DNA of 33,254 nt from Candidatus Hadarchaeales archaeon (GTDB lineage: Archaea > Hadarchaeota > Hadarchaeia > Hadarchaeales > Hadarchaeaceae): NCBI GenBank assembly GCA_038872135.1, contig JAVZGN010000012.1, forward strand, positions 1-33,254. The letters run 5' to 3'. Shown here one piece after another: positions 31,501 to 33,254 of the stretch (position 1 is its first letter; every line of letters starts with the position of its first letter). The notes below the pieces were generated by a model. The model saw only the letters and a program-made list of their open reading frames with translations. It had not been told where the DNA came from and made no database searches. Made by a program: the position numbers and the translations under genes.

Positions 31501-33138
31501 ATGCCACAGATAACAGTTGGATATAGAGACTTGTGCAGACTTTTGGGGAGACGACTTTCTGTTGAGAAGCTCTGTAAGCATTTACTGTTGATGGGGATTG
31601 AAGCGGAAGCTGTTGGAGACCAGCTTGTGCTGGACATCTCCCACAACAGGCCCGACTTGCTGAGCCCAGAGGGGATCGCTAGGGCCCTGAAAGGATTTCT
31701 CGGAATTGAAACGGGGATGCCAGAATACCGCGTCACACCCTCTAAAGTCATTGTAGAGGTAGACAGGAGTGTTTTTGGGATCAGGCCTTTCATTGCCGCG
31801 GGAGTTGTCGAGGATGTGAAATTAAGTAATGATATCGTTGCTTCCCTCATGCAGGTTCAAGAAAAGCTCCATACATCCTTCTGTAGGAACAGGAGAAAGG
31901 CTTCGATAGGAGTCTATGATCTTGATACTACAACTGAAACCATAAGATATACCTCAGTCTCACCTGATGGCATCAGTTTTGTGCCATTAGATTTTGCAGA
32001 ACCCCTCACACCAGCAGAGATTTTGCAGCAACATCCAAAGGGCATAGCATACTCAAAGCTTTTACAGGGACTTCCCCGATATCCCATTCTAATTGACTCT
32101 CAAGGGAAAGTGCTTTCAATGCCTCCAATAGTCAACAGCGAGGACACGAGGGTGAGGCCAGAGACAAGAAGACTTTTCATCGATGTTACAGGAACAGATG
32201 AGAAAATAGTCAACCGGGCGCTGGTTCTCGTTATGACGAGTCTAGCCGAAAGGGGGTTCTCACTCAAGAGCGTGAAGGTAAAATATCCGGGGAAAGTGAG
32301 GCGCACACCAACATTCGAGAGTGCCAGACATACTGTTGACATTCTGAGGGCCAACAGATATATTGGAATTTCCTTAACTGGAAAGGAAATGGCGGAGATT
32401 TTGGAAAGGATGAGACACAAGGTTCTCGGGCGAGAGGGGGGACGTTTAAAAGTTCTTTCTCCGCCTTACAGGTTCGACATTCTTCATGAAGTGGATTTGA
32501 TAGAAGATATTGCCATTGGTTATGGCTATGACAGGTTAGAGCCAAAGATTCCAAAAGTTGTGACGACCGGCGAGCGACATCCTGTGGAAAGGCTCAGTGA
32601 TGTGGTTAGGGAGATAATGATTGGGCTGGGATTTAGTGAGGTTCTTACATATACCCTCACCAATCAATCTTCAAACTTTGAGATGATGATGACCAGCGGT
32701 GAAGCAGTGGAAATCTCCAACCCAGTCTCAGGAGAGTACACGATTTTGAGAACATCGCTTATTCCATCACTTCTGGCAGCCCTCAGGGAAAATAGAAGGA
32801 ACCCACTACCGCAGAAAATTTTCGAGGTGGGTGACGTTGTTCTCCTCGATGATTCTGTTGAGACGGGAGCGAGAAATGTGCGAAGGGTTGGGGGAGCAAT
32901 GATCGGGGAAGGACTGGGGTTTGCCCGCATTAAGGCAGTTGTGAATGCTCTTTTGAGGGAGCTTGGAGTAGTCTCTGAGATGAGAGGCTGCAGCCATCCA
33001 AGCTTTATTGAGGGAAGAGCTGCAGAAATTATAGTGGGGGGAAGGGTCAGAGGAATTCTTGGAGAGATTCATCCACAGGTAATAGTGAACTTTGAGCTCT
33101 CAGATCCAGTTTCTGCTTTTGAAATAGATCTTGAATGA
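31501..33138 (+). CDS. pheT: Phenylalanine-tRNA ligase beta subunit (archaeal type)
   Basis: NRPDLLSPEG, SMPPIVNS, RFDILHEVDLIEDIAIGYGY and GEIHP motifs. Confidence 0.97.
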   Translation: MPQITVGYRDLCRLLGRRLSVEKLCKHLLLMGIEAEAVGDQLVLDISHNRPDLLSPEGIARALKGFLGIETGMPEYRVTPSKVIVEVDRSVFGIRPFIAAGVVEDVKLSNDIVASLMQVQEKLHTSFCRNRRKASIGVYDLDTTTETIRYTSVSPDGISFVPLDFAEPLTPAEILQQHPKGIAYSKLLQGLPRYPILIDSQGKVLSMPPIVNSEDTRVRPETRRLFIDVTGTDEKIVNRALVLVMTSLAERGFSLKSVKVKYPGKVRRTPTFESARHTVDILRANRYIGISLTGKEMAEILERMRHKVLGREGGRLKVLSPPYRFDILHEVDLIEDIAIGYGYDRLEPKIPKVVTTGERHPVERLSDVVREIMIGLGFSEVLTYTLTNQSSNFEMMMTSGEAVEISNPVSGEYTILRTSLIPSLLAALRENRRNPLPQKIFEVGDVVLLDDSVETGARNVRRVGGAMIGEGLGFARIKAVVNALLRELGVVSEMRGCSHPSFIEGRAAEIIVGGRVRGILGEIHPQVIVNFELSDPVSAFEIDLE

Positions 33139-33252
33139 TCACCTGACTTTTAGGGCGTACTTTCCCGGACGGGTTATATTCATCTTTTTCGCTATGAGAG
33201 ATTCTTCAACATTTCTTATGATCACATAACCTGACCAGTCTGTGGAGAGGGC
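33139..33252 (-). CDS. spt4: Transcription elongation factor Spt4 (RpoE''), 3' part only; not in the ORF track
   Basis: Manual minus-strand translation gives ALSTDWSGYVIIRNVEESLIAKKMNITRPGKYALKVR*, the characteristic archaeal Spt4 C-terminus. Confidence 0.93.
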   Translation of the reverse strand, partial: ALSTDWSGYVIIRNVEESLIAKKMNITRPGKYALKVR

Positions 33253-33254
33253 AG

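Overview
This is a compact archaeal chromosomal segment, mostly housekeeping genes. Its core is 5S rRNA, tRNA-Asp and tRNA-Lys followed by the RNA polymerase/str cluster (rpo5, an unsplit rpo2/rpoB, rpo1N, rpo1C, rpl30e, nusA, rps12, rps7, tuf, rps10, with no EF-2 gene). It also carries aIF-1A, RIO1, citramalate synthase, geranylgeranyl reductase, pth2, thiL, pheS/pheT, partial hypE and spt4, a four-gene surface-glycosylation operon containing a B12-radical SAM enzyme, and a minimal two-component pair. Gene content suggests an anaerobic euryarchaeote-like lineage, possibly Hadarchaeota (inference, not verified). The part housekeeping does not explain is a three-gene module at about 1650-3900. 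It encodes (i) a protein fusing an IS607/BldC-type MerR-like HTH, an HNH zinc finger with two His-to-Tyr substitutions and a probable winged helix, (ii) a translationally coupled ExeA/TnsC-like AAA+ ATPase ending in an amphipathic helix, and (iii) a small HTH protein. The module's promoter is embedded in an array of roughly 10-bp-phased A4-5T(A/G)GT repeats, and a perfect 8-bp inverted repeat precedes the third gene. It may be an undescribed DNA-organising or segregation system. Second, tRNA-Lys appears to lie in the leader of the RNA polymerase operon, where a hairpin covers the rpo5 ribosome-binding site and an open frame runs through the tRNA into rpo5.
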